NCBI GenBank assembly: GCA_023254905.1
Contig: JALRKF010000006.1
Location: 1-61,417 of the forward strand
Source: Crocinitomicaceae bacterium
GTDB lineage: Bacteria; Bacteroidota; Bacteroidia; Flavobacteriales_D; Crocinitomicaceae
Direction of reading: 5' to 3'
Length of the DNA: 61,417 nucleotides
Positions 1 to 9,694 of the stretch are shown piece after piece (positions within the stretch are counted from its first letter, which is position 1; each line of letters starts with the position of its first letter). The position numbers and the translations under genes are program-made. The notes beneath the pieces are model-generated. The model made no database searches. It was given only the letters and a program-made list of their open reading frames with translations, and was not told the origin of the DNA.

Positions 1-442
1 CTGCTTTTCTGATGATCGAGAGATCGTTGATATCATCACCAATAACAGCAACGTTCTCATAACTCAATCCAAGCGATGCAATATGCTCATCCAGAATATT
101 AATCTTTGGATCACGACCTACATAGCAAAACTGAATACCTAGCATTTCAGCTCTTTTTTTCACCGCTTCTCCCTTGAATCCTGATGAAATAATGGCTACC
201 TGAAAATCAGATTTAGTAAGTGCTATGATGGCCATTCCGTCCTTGGTATTGAATTTTTTCATTTGATCTCCAGACTCGGTAAAATACATCCCTCCATCTG
301 TCATAACACCATCAACATCTATCACGAGTAATTTGATCTTTGCGATCTTCTCCTTTAGATTGTGACTTTTAAAGCAATGGTGAAAAATCAATGCGTAAAG
401 GTCCGTGTCATATTCCTCAGAAATTGCTTGCAGATCCAGCAT
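1..442 (-). CDS. KdsC/YrbI-type HAD-IIIA sugar-acid-phosphate phosphatase (N-terminal about 147 aa; the C-terminus lies left of the window)
   Basis: An open minus-strand frame runs off the left edge. It translates as ...KIKLLVIDVDGVMTDGGMYFTESGDQMKKFNTKDGMAIIALTKSDFQVAIISSGFKGEAVKKRAEMLGIQFCYVG...NVAVIGDDINDLSII. This shows HAD motif I (DxDGVxTDG) and motif IV (GDDxND) in the KdsC arrangement. The first ATG is at 442. An in-frame TTG at 544, 2 nt after the upstream stop, is an alternative start. Confidence 0.75.
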   Translation of the reverse strand, partial: MLDLQAISEEYDTDLYALIFHHCFKSHNLKEKIAKIKLLVIDVDGVMTDGGMYFTESGDQMKKFNTKDGMAIIALTKSDFQVAIISSGFKGEAVKKRAEMLGIQFCYVGRDPKINILDEHIASLGLSYENVAVIGDDINDLSIIRKA

Positions 443-546
443 TGTTAATTCGTGTACTGAGTCTACTTCGAGATCTTTCAGGAACAGATCAAAATCTAAT
501 CCGAAACGATCACATATACCTTTGATATTTTGTTCAAGATACAAGT

Positions 547-1545
547 CTAAACTATTTGATAACCAATACTTTGAGCTACAGAATCAAGCTGTCCTTTTAG
601 TCCTCTAAACTGCTCATGATCTAATTGTTGTGAAGCATCTGATTTTGCAACTGAAGGATCAGGATGTACTTCGATCAGTAAACCGTCTATACCCATTGCC
701 GTACATGCTTTTGCCAGATTAGGAACACCGTAAGCGTAGCCCATAGCATGACTTGGGTCAAGCACAATTGGCAAATTAGTATGCTCTTGCAACCAGGCTA
801 CTCCACATAAGTCAAGTGTAAATCTTGTGTATGTTTCGAAGGTTCTCAATCCTCTTTCACAGAGAATCACATTTGGATTCCCTCCCGACAAAACGAACTC
901 AGCCGCTTGTACAAATTCTTTTAACGATGTTCCGAATCCTCTCTTGATCAAAACAGGCTTTTGTGTTTTAGCGCAAGCGCGCAATATCCCTTGATCATAC
1001 ATTGCTTTGGCTCCAATCTGAATTACGTCAGAATACTCTATCACTTCCTGAACGTGAGACGCATCACGCACCTCCGTAATTACATTCAATCCGTATTCTT
1101 CCCGCATTTTAGAAAGCAACTTCAAACCTTTCAATCCCAGTCCTTGAAAGGAATAAGGACTTGTTCTCGGTTTATAACATCCGCCCCGAAGAGTTGTAAG
1201 CCCCATTTCCTTCAACAATTCAGAAGATTCTCTAATTTGCTCTTCCGATTCTACAGAGCACGGGCCACCTATTAAAATCGTTGATTTACTTTCACCGCCA
1301 ATTGTGACGTTGCCTATTTTAACTTCTCTCGTCTTATTCTCATAGGTCTTAGATGCAAGTTGAACATCCGTATCAAAAACCCAGAATTCTTGAACCTCTT
1401 TTTGAATATCATCCGGAACTTGCTTCATTCCCGATCCAGTTATCAAAACATCATTTCCATTCCTTTTAATATAGAAGGCATTCAATGATTTTTGCAATTC
1501 AGCAATTCTCTCCTTATCAGCTTCTTTCTTAAGATGAATGATCAT
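547..1545 (-). CDS. Class I-beta 3-deoxy-7-phosphoheptulonate (DAHP) synthase with N-terminal ferredoxin-like regulatory domain
   Basis: 332 aa. The motifs GGPCSVESEEQ, RGGCYKPRTSPYSFQGLG, IQIGAKAMYDQ, PVLIKRG, LCERGLRTFE and VLDPSHAMG are colinear with Thermotoga-type DAHPS, including the roughly 70-aa N-terminal extension. KPRTSPY is the DAHPS-type signature, not the KDO8PS-type KANRS. Confidence 0.85.
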   Translation of the reverse strand: MIIHLKKEADKERIAELQKSLNAFYIKRNGNDVLITGSGMKQVPDDIQKEVQEFWVFDTDVQLASKTYENKTREVKIGNVTIGGESKSTILIGGPCSVESEEQIRESSELLKEMGLTTLRGGCYKPRTSPYSFQGLGLKGLKLLSKMREEYGLNVITEVRDASHVQEVIEYSDVIQIGAKAMYDQGILRACAKTQKPVLIKRGFGTSLKEFVQAAEFVLSGGNPNVILCERGLRTFETYTRFTLDLCGVAWLQEHTNLPIVLDPSHAMGYAYGVPNLAKACTAMGIDGLLIEVHPDPSVAKSDASQQLDHEQFRGLKGQLDSVAQSIGYQIV

Positions 1546-2546
1546 AGTTCTCCTTTAACTAAGTTCACAAAAGTAACAATTCCCGTTGCAAAACCACCCT
1601 TTTTTAACACGGGAAGGTACATCACTGGGAAATAACTCATCTTTATTAGCTTCAACATATCGTAAACAGAAGCATCCTCTTGTATTGACAGAGGATCCTT
1701 ATTAATAAAATCTTCCGCATTTACGGCGTTAAGGTCATCCAAATTTTTTAACAATGCTTTCCGTACATCCGCATTTGAAATTATTCCTTTAAACGAACCG
1801 TGGCTATCTACCACCATTGTAAATCCCAATCTCCCTTTTTCAATTGACTCGAGCACTACTTTAACATCAATGCCATCTACATTTACAATTGGTGACTGAT
1901 CTAAAGGAATCATAAAGTCTTTTACCTGAAAATGAGATTCAACCTCTCTATTGGTCAAATTCATTAATGCATTACCAACGCTATGCGCATTGAACAAATA
2001 TGAACCTGAGACTGAGCTAGTCACTCCCATATTTCTCAAGATAAATGACACCTCACCGTTTACTCCCCCGTCAACATGTACTGACTTTTTTGGATATTTC
2101 CTTCTGAACGATCTAATCTTTGCGAAATTTACTGGATCAAATTTACCTCCACTCTGACCTGGAATTGTAGCCATGATCAGAATAAAATCAAAATCGCTGT
2201 AATCATCAAAAACATTGACATCAGTTGGTGTTATGATCGCCAATCCCTTTTTTCCCGTGATATCGGATGGGATGTTTATTTCAGATCTTAAATCTTCAAA
2301 CTGAAACGTAACATACTCAACAGGTGTTTCACGAAGTAAATCATAGTATTTTTCTGGTGTTTCAGTTATGATATGCAGATCTACAGGGATATTACTTACA
2401 CTTTTTATGTATTTGATATCATCAAAAACATTCAGATCATCATTACAATCAACATGAAACATATCCACCTGATGTTCTACCAGATCATCGATAACCTCTG
2501 CAAGAGGCCTTCTTTTATCACTGTAAATTGATGCTGAAATCTTCAT
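1542..2546 (-). CDS. Ribulose-phosphate 3-epimerase-like TIM barrel fused to a C-terminal CBS-domain pair
   Basis: 334 aa. The N-terminal about 215 aa match Rpe landmarks: MKISASIYSD, HVDCND, VDLHII, ILIMATIPGQSGGKF, VHVDGGVN and SGSYLF. The C-terminal about 120 aa (VKDFMIPL...KGIISNADVRKALL...VMYLPVLKK...GIVTFVNLVKG) read as two CBS repeats. ATGA overlaps link it to both neighbours. Confidence 0.7.
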   Translation of the reverse strand: MKISASIYSDKRRPLAEVIDDLVEHQVDMFHVDCNDDLNVFDDIKYIKSVSNIPVDLHIITETPEKYYDLLRETPVEYVTFQFEDLRSEINIPSDITGKKGLAIITPTDVNVFDDYSDFDFILIMATIPGQSGGKFDPVNFAKIRSFRRKYPKKSVHVDGGVNGEVSFILRNMGVTSSVSGSYLFNAHSVGNALMNLTNREVESHFQVKDFMIPLDQSPIVNVDGIDVKVVLESIEKGRLGFTMVVDSHGSFKGIISNADVRKALLKNLDDLNAVNAEDFINKDPLSIQEDASVYDMLKLIKMSYFPVMYLPVLKKGGFATGIVTFVNLVKGEL

Positions 2547-2935
2547 CAGTTATTAATATTCATTAGAGGTTTGAAATGATCGTCCGAAATCAAAAGTTCA
2601 AGATCTGCACCCATAAAAACTGAATCTGATAGGTTCTTTTGTAGTTCTAACATGAGTATTTGCTCTTTAAGATCAAACTCCCTGAGCTTCAGATCATTTC
2701 TTTTGATCAAGTGTAAAAAATAGGTTGAGTCGTGATGGGTTAACTTTAAATCTTGTTTATTACCTGTTAAGAGGTCATTATCTTTCCAATATTTCGCCAC
2801 AGCCGATGCTTTTCCCATGTCTTCATTGAGATCAAAATATACTGTTAACTTACCTCCCTCAACTCGGTTTCCATGATCATCCATGCAGGAGAATAAGGTC
2901 AATGAAAAAACAATTAAAACAGTCGTTAGCTTCAC
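2546..2935 (-). CDS. Small lipoprotein, unknown function
   Basis: The ORF is open to a TTG at 2968. A GTG at 2935 gives a classical lipoprotein signal, (M)KLTTVLIVFSLTLFSC, with a lipobox Cys. Its stop overlaps the ATG of the next gene (ATGA at 2544-2548). Confidence 0.55.
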   Translation of the reverse strand: MKLTTVLIVFSLTLFSCMDDHGNRVEGGKLTVYFDLNEDMGKASAVAKYWKDNDLLTGNKQDLKLTHHDSTYFLHLIKRNDLKLREFDLKEQILMLELQKNLSDSVFMGADLELLISDDHFKPLMNINN

Positions 2936-2998
2936 AAGCACTAAGATAATCAAAAGAAGAAAGGGCAACGATCATCTGGAGATTATTACCTTTAGAAA

Positions 2999-3817
2999 AT
3001 GTATGCGCTGAAGAGATCGAATATACTTTTCGAGGGAGCGAATAGTAAACAAAGTTTACTGGACATGGAAATTCCTTCCAAATGGAACGGCAAAGTAATC
3101 TTGTTTTCTCATGGTTTTATGGGATTTAAGGATTGGGGAGCATGGCATCTTGTTCAATCTTTCTTTGTTAAGAGAGGATATGGTTTTGTAAAATATAATT
3201 GTAGCCATAATGGTGGTACCAAGGATAACCCCATTGATTTTCCTGATCTTGAATCTTTTAGCAACAACACGTACTCAAAAGAACTCAGAGACAATGATTG
3301 CATAATCAAATTAGTTAAAGCTCTCGTCAATGACCAAGTAAAGATCTTTTTAATAGGGCACTCAAGAGGTGGTGGTATCGTGTTATTACAATCGCAACGT
3401 TCTGATATTAATGGTATAGCTGCTTGGGCAGCTATTTCGAACATCGAACGACGCTTCCATAATATTGAGGAATGGAAAAATGATGGTTTGCGATTTCAAA
3501 AAAATGGAAGAACAAAACAGGAGCTACCAATGAAAATTGATATCTATGAAGATTTTATTTTAAATAGCGAAAGACTTAATATTATGAAATTTTGCAGGGA
3601 CTCATTAACACCAACAATAGTGATTCATGGTGAGGAAGATACATCCGTTTTACCGTCCGAATCTGTAGAGATATCTAGATGGCTTAATACAAAGCCGATA
3701 ATGATTAAAGGAGCTCAACATACATTTAATAGTAATCATCCTTGGGAATCGGAGCAATTACCTCTGGCTTTAAAACAAGTATGTGAGGCAACATTAGTTT
3801 TTTTTAATAAGCTCTAA
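2999..3817 (+). CDS. Alpha/beta-fold hydrolase
   Basis: 272 aa. It has the nucleophile elbow GHSRGG and C-terminal IHGEEDT and GAQHTF motifs typical of serine hydrolases or esterases. Confidence 0.7.
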   Translation: MYALKRSNILFEGANSKQSLLDMEIPSKWNGKVILFSHGFMGFKDWGAWHLVQSFFVKRGYGFVKYNCSHNGGTKDNPIDFPDLESFSNNTYSKELRDNDCIIKLVKALVNDQVKIFLIGHSRGGGIVLLQSQRSDINGIAAWAAISNIERRFHNIEEWKNDGLRFQKNGRTKQELPMKIDIYEDFILNSERLNIMKFCRDSLTPTIVIHGEEDTSVLPSESVEISRWLNTKPIMIKGAQHTFNSNHPWESEQLPLALKQVCEATLVFFNKL

Positions 3818-3855
3818 TACTACAAAAGAACCATAGAATACTATTCACTCCTTAC

Positions 3856-4314
3856 TTATCGGCGCTTGATCGCTGTCTCATAGGTTTGTATCCAATTATC
3901 TACAGAAATTCTCCCTACTAGTTCACCTATCAACTCATAAGGAATATCGTTCATTCGTTTAAATCGAATACAACTTTTCCCCATATCCAATTTATAATTC
4001 GAATGATTTGGGTATTCCTTCACGAACCAATCGAGAAGTTTCTCATCGCTGTAAATACCCATGTGGTAAAAGGCTACGAAATTCTTTTGGGATGCTATGC
4101 TTAAAAATGGTAAAGGCAATTTGGGATCACAATGGTATCCATCAGGGTAAATAGAATGCGGTACAACATATCCAATCATTCCGTAACTCATCTCCTCAGA
4201 AAACCCTTTTGGCAAGTTATCCAATACTACCTTGCGTAATTCTGAAACTACTTCTTGACGATCTTTAGGCAGTTTTGAAATATAATCACTTGGTGAATTC
4301 GCTTCTATTTTCAT
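3856..4314 (-). CDS. DUF1801 (YdhG-like) domain protein
   Basis: 152 aa. The pattern DYISKLPKDRQEVVSELRKVV...SYGMIGY... matches DUF1801 family proteins as I recall them. Confidence 0.55.
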   Translation of the reverse strand: MKIEANSPSDYISKLPKDRQEVVSELRKVVLDNLPKGFSEEMSYGMIGYVVPHSIYPDGYHCDPKLPLPFLSIASQKNFVAFYHMGIYSDEKLLDWFVKEYPNHSNYKLDMGKSCIRFKRMNDIPYELIGELVGRISVDNWIQTYETAIKRR

Positions 4315-4710
4315 TTATATAAATCTTTTACGTTCATCCAGTGTCGGTAACAAGCAACCTTCACGGGCTAGCTTCTTCCTGTTTCGGGCAATTAAATTAT
4401 AGAAGGCATCTGTAAAAACAGCTGGAATCCATTTGAACACAATCATAGCTTTGTAAGGGTACCTAAGATAAGCAGAAAGGTGAAATGCCGCCTTCGACCG
4501 CTCAAACAATAGGCCCTTTTCACAAAAATAAAATGTTTCCTTATCAGGATCTGTAATACCCTGTTCTTTGAATATTTCAGACGATGTGTTAGAATCTAGA
4601 GGAGTAAATAAAATGGAGTCATCTCCATTTTTAAGCACAAATCTAACCGTCCTGCAGCAAAACCCACAATCCCCATCATACATTACAATCAATGAATTAT
4701 TTAGCTCCAT
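4315..4710 (-). CDS. Thiol-disulfide oxidoreductase DCC family (DUF393)
   Basis: It carries the YDGDCGFCC motif near the N-terminus. The track start at 4728 is a TTG. The ATG at 4710 (MELNNSLIVMYDGDC...) sits 5 nt downstream of a TAATTTTA box. Confidence 0.7.
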   Translation of the reverse strand: MELNNSLIVMYDGDCGFCCRTVRFVLKNGDDSILFTPLDSNTSSEIFKEQGITDPDKETFYFCEKGLLFERSKAAFHLSAYLRYPYKAMIVFKWIPAVFTDAFYNLIARNRKKLAREGCLLPTLDERKRFI

Positions 4711-4745
4711 ATCTCTAAAATTAATCAATTACTTAAACGATGTGT

Positions 4746-4753
4746 TATATTTG
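4746..4753 (+). promoter_or_regulatory. Bacteroidota -7 promoter box TATATTTG upstream of the 3-hydroxybutyryl-CoA dehydrogenase gene
   Basis: It is an exact TAnnTTTG match, 25 nt upstream of the ATG at 4779. It lies inside the longer track ORF that begins at 4740. Confidence 0.45.
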
Positions 4754-4778
4754 TCCCAAACAGAAATCAAATTTTAGA

Positions 4779-5669
4779 ATGAAAAATATTGCTGTTATCG
4801 GAGCTGGAACAATGGGGAATGGAATTGCTCATGTGTTTGCTCAAACAGGTTACAACGTATCACTAATCGATCTTTCAGAGCAAAACCTTGAGAAAGGAAT
4901 TGCTACAATCTCTAAGAATCTTGACCGTATGGTTGCTAAGGAAAAAATCTCTGCAGCGGACAAGAACGCTACGCTAGGAAGAATTCAGGGGCATACTTCA
5001 ATGCAGGACGGAGTGAACGGTGCTGACTTGGTTGTTGAGGCAGCAACTGAAAATGTAGATCTAAAACTAAAGATATTCGCTGACCTGGATAAAATGGTTC
5101 CTGAAAACGTAATTCTTGCAACAAATACCTCTTCAATTTCGATTACCAAAATAGCATCTGTTACAAACAGAGCTGACAAGGTAATTGGAATGCATTTCAT
5201 GAACCCAGTGCCAATCATGAAATTGGTTGAGATCATTCGCGGATACTCTACGACAGATGAGGTTACCGAAACGATCATGGAGCTATCAAGAATGCTTGGT
5301 AAAGTTCCGGTTGAAGTCAATGATTACCCAGGTTTCGTTGCAAACAGAATTTTGATGCCCATGATAAACGAGGCAATCATTACCTTGCATGAAGGTGTAG
5401 CCGGTGTTGAAGAAATCGATACTGTAATGAAGCTTGGAATGGCTCATCCTATGGGACCACTTCAATTAGCTGATTTCATTGGACTTGATGTTTGCTTAGC
5501 AATTCTAGAGGTTCTTCACGAAGGATTTGGAAACCCTAAATATGCTCCATGCCCCTTGTTGGTAAACATGGTAACTGCCGGAAAAAAAGGTGTCAAATCA
5601 GGAGAAGGTTTCTACTCTTGGGGACACGGAACGAAAGATCTTATCCTAGCAGAAAACTTTAAGAAATAA
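4779..5669 (+). CDS. hbd: 3-hydroxybutyryl-CoA (3-hydroxyacyl-CoA) dehydrogenase
   Basis: MKNIAVIGAGTMGNGIAHVFA gives the Rossmann GxGxxG fold. Downstream motifs NTSSISIT, HFMNPVP, GFVANRIL and GPLQLADFIGLD are typical of this family. The start was moved to the internal ATG after the promoter box. Confidence 0.9.
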   Translation: MKNIAVIGAGTMGNGIAHVFAQTGYNVSLIDLSEQNLEKGIATISKNLDRMVAKEKISAADKNATLGRIQGHTSMQDGVNGADLVVEAATENVDLKLKIFADLDKMVPENVILATNTSSISITKIASVTNRADKVIGMHFMNPVPIMKLVEIIRGYSTTDEVTETIMELSRMLGKVPVEVNDYPGFVANRILMPMINEAIITLHEGVAGVEEIDTVMKLGMAHPMGPLQLADFIGLDVCLAILEVLHEGFGNPKYAPCPLLVNMVTAGKKGVKSGEGFYSWGHGTKDLILAENFKK

Positions 5670-5686
5670 AATGATTCTAGCATAAC

Positions 5687-5714
5687 AAAAAGAGGGGCCT
5701 CAGCCCCTCTTTTT
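5687..5714. terminator. Bidirectional rho-independent terminator between convergent genes
   Basis: The sequence is AAAA-AGAGGGGC-CTCA-GCCCCTCT-TTTT. It forms a perfect 8-bp GC-rich stem (5691-5698 / 5703-5710) flanked by an A-run and a T-run. Confidence 0.85.
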
Positions 5715-5716
5715 AC

Positions 5717-7426
5717 TTAACTCATCCAAGCTTTCAATGCTTTCTCTTGCTGCTTACTAGTGCTCTCTAATTTTCTGACGGCGTATTTTGTGTAAAATGG
5801 TCGCGCTACCTCTGGAATAACAACTTCAAATGTAGTTTCGTTTCTTTTTATGGTTAATATTTTTGTGTCATCATCAAAGTAATTCAACCATTTATCTAAC
5901 TCACCATTACACGCAAATCCGTTAATTGCTGTGATCTCATCTTCAATCATCAATCCTGCCATCTCACCGGACCCCCCAGGGTATAATGCCTTCACAACGA
6001 AATGATTCCCACCTCTTACTGCTTTTATACCTAAACTGGCCTCGGAATAACTATCTGAGGCTTTTTGGATCATTTCCAATCCCAAATATTCAAATGCTTC
6101 CATCAAAATCGACTCAAATGGGGCATTTCCATTTATATAGGCTGCGAAGAATTCTGTAAAGTCCTCTCCACTCACCTCTTCTATTACTTGTTTGTAATCG
6201 GCTTCACCTACTCCCTTGGATTCTAATGCATAATTGAAATACAAGCGCTTCATTACTTTATCTAATCCGTATTTATTTCCAGTTGCCTTCAAAATTCGCA
6301 CATCGATAACGAACGAGATCAAGCATCCTTCCGTGTATATAGACACTTTTCTACCTGGTGCACCAGACACATATCCATCTAACCAAGTATCGAATGAGGA
6401 TTCAGCAACAGAAGTATAAAACCTTGCTGGATTATCAAAATGACGTTGCAGTTGTTTGTTCATTTCATTGAAGTATTCCTCCAATTTAAATACACCACTT
6501 TTCAACAAGAATAGGTCTCCCATGTAAGTTGTTACACCCTCGCAGATATAGCCTAATTTGGAATAATTCTCCTGTGTGAAATCGTACGGATACATTTCGA
6601 TTGGACGAATAGCTTTTACATTCCATGTGTGATATAACTCATGAGAGCTCACACCAAGAAGTTCCTTATATAGGTCACCAAAGACATCATAAGAAGGGCC
6701 AAGTGCAATTACCGTAGAACGTTGGTGCTCCACACCATGATATGCCTTGTATGGAAGAATCTGATTCAAGAAATGATACTCCTCAACAGGAAACTCCATG
6801 AACTTTGCCATTTGGCAATCTGTAAATGCTTTGAAATCTTTCAATAATCTATCCCAATCCGGCTTTACTTCCCCGTTAAACCATACATGGAAATTTACAC
6901 CGTCCGAGTCATAGGACCTTCTCTGCAAATCTCCAGAAGCGATAAATGGACTGTCAAGCAATTCATCAAAGCCTTTAGCGAAAAGAGTATTCCCTTCATT
7001 TTTCATCGAACATGCAACATCCCAATAATCAGGAATATTGAGCTTTACAGAAATATCATCATTGAAATGATCATCTGTAAATATGCAGCAATTCACGGGG
7101 TTAACATACAACTGATTCTTATCCAAATAGGTGGACCCTGCATTCAGTTCAGAAGCATAGTAATGATAGGTTACTTTGATCGCATCTAAACCTTTTGTTA
7201 ATGCCGCCCAGCTATCTTTGGATACTTTCTGACAATCTACTTTATTCCCCTCAAGGTCATAAACTTGAAAGCTTCTTAAATTCTTAGCAAAATTGCCGAG
7301 TTCATAACGACCAGGCCTCCAAGCTGGGAGCTTTAAAACAGTAATATCATCCCTTACTTCAAAAGATAAATGAACATGAATATACTGTTGCGAGGGATTC
7401 GGAATATCGAAGACGAAACTCACCAT
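5717..7426 (-). CDS. M61 family glycyl aminopeptidase with C-terminal PDZ domain
   Basis: 569 aa. It has the zinc motif HELYHTWN and a C-terminal GGSGEMAGLMIEDEITAING PDZ-like segment. Confidence 0.8.
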   Translation of the reverse strand: MVSFVFDIPNPSQQYIHVHLSFEVRDDITVLKLPAWRPGRYELGNFAKNLRSFQVYDLEGNKVDCQKVSKDSWAALTKGLDAIKVTYHYYASELNAGSTYLDKNQLYVNPVNCCIFTDDHFNDDISVKLNIPDYWDVACSMKNEGNTLFAKGFDELLDSPFIASGDLQRRSYDSDGVNFHVWFNGEVKPDWDRLLKDFKAFTDCQMAKFMEFPVEEYHFLNQILPYKAYHGVEHQRSTVIALGPSYDVFGDLYKELLGVSSHELYHTWNVKAIRPIEMYPYDFTQENYSKLGYICEGVTTYMGDLFLLKSGVFKLEEYFNEMNKQLQRHFDNPARFYTSVAESSFDTWLDGYVSGAPGRKVSIYTEGCLISFVIDVRILKATGNKYGLDKVMKRLYFNYALESKGVGEADYKQVIEEVSGEDFTEFFAAYINGNAPFESILMEAFEYLGLEMIQKASDSYSEASLGIKAVRGGNHFVVKALYPGGSGEMAGLMIEDEITAINGFACNGELDKWLNYFDDDTKILTIKRNETTFEVVIPEVARPFYTKYAVRKLESTSKQQEKALKAWMS

Positions 7427-7442
7427 AAATTTTGATTTTACA

Positions 7443-7450
7443 CAAATTTA
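7443..7450 (-). promoter_or_regulatory. -7 promoter box TAAATTTG for the M61 peptidase gene
   Basis: It is an exact TAnnTTTG on the minus strand, 16 nt upstream of the ATG at 7426. Confidence 0.4.
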
Positions 7451-7475
7451 AAAGTAAGTCGCAACTCTACACTAA

Positions 7476-9101
<1,626 letters not shown>

Positions 9102-9113
9102 TTAAATTTTGTG

Positions 9114-9121
9114 CAAAGATA
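9114..9121 (-). promoter_or_regulatory. -7 promoter box TATCTTTG for the ABC-F gene
   Basis: It is an exact TAnnTTTG on the minus strand, 15 nt upstream of the ATG at 9098. Confidence 0.45.
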
Positions 9122-9192
9122 GTCAATTAAAGGCATTACAGACTAAACGCAATATTGATAGATATATTCCTCATTGAAATATTTACCAAAAA

Positions 9193-9693
9193 TTACTTCA
9201 ACCAACTAAGATTTCTAGAGTACATAAAGATAAAAGCACCACTCAAAATTAATCCAAAGATTATCGACATCGAGGGAATGTTATTGGGTGAAACGTATAG
9301 ATATATACCCCCAATTGAGAGTAAATTATAGACTATGTATAGATGGAATCCTATCTTTTCTCCTTGGAACATTTTCAATGCCCCAAAGAAACCGACAACA
9401 TATGTCACCAGTGATATAGCCATTGCAAAGTAAAAATTTTCTTGAATTTGGGCCGTCATCGCCATAAATTGCTCCATCATCTGTGCAACGCCATCCATTC
9501 CCGCATCTTGCATTTGAGAGATTGCACGGGATAATTCAACACGTTCCGCTAATATTTCCTCCTCAGATGAAGGTCCAGCCACCAACTGCACCAGTAGGGT
9601 TAGCATATTAATTCCGATACTTACAAATGTTAGTATACAAAGTACTGTTAAGAGTGTTGGTCGCTTTTCTTCTTTCGGCTGTAATTCTTCCAT
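9193..9693 (-). CDS. Integral membrane protein, unknown function (about 4 TM segments)
   Basis: 166 aa with hydrophobic segments TLLTVLCILTFVSIGINMLTLLV, FYFAMAISLVTYVVGFFGAL, LYIVYNLLSIGGIYLYV and IIFGLILSGAFIFMY. It starts 2 nt after the hutH stop. Confidence 0.6.
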   Translation of the reverse strand: MEELQPKEEKRPTLLTVLCILTFVSIGINMLTLLVQLVAGPSSEEEILAERVELSRAISQMQDAGMDGVAQMMEQFMAMTAQIQENFYFAMAISLVTYVVGFFGALKMFQGEKIGFHLYIVYNLLSIGGIYLYVSPNNIPSMSIIFGLILSGAFIFMYSRNLSWLK

Positions 9694-9694
9694 A

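Noticed and set aside
405-608. A 67-aa plus-strand ORF at the left end
   Set aside because: It lies antisense to the KdsC-like gene and the 3' end of the DAHPS gene. It is Ser/Arg-rich and low in complexity, with no promoter box or motif.
4740-4778. Longer N-terminal extensions offered by the track for hbd (4740), the epimerase (47294), the ftsB-like gene (42066), the 248-aa protein (22144), the DCC gene (4728) and the OstA-like gene (52839)
   Set aside because: Each extension runs through a -7 promoter box or a terminator hairpin, or precedes a clean signal peptide or Rossmann N-terminus. Internal ATG starts were preferred.
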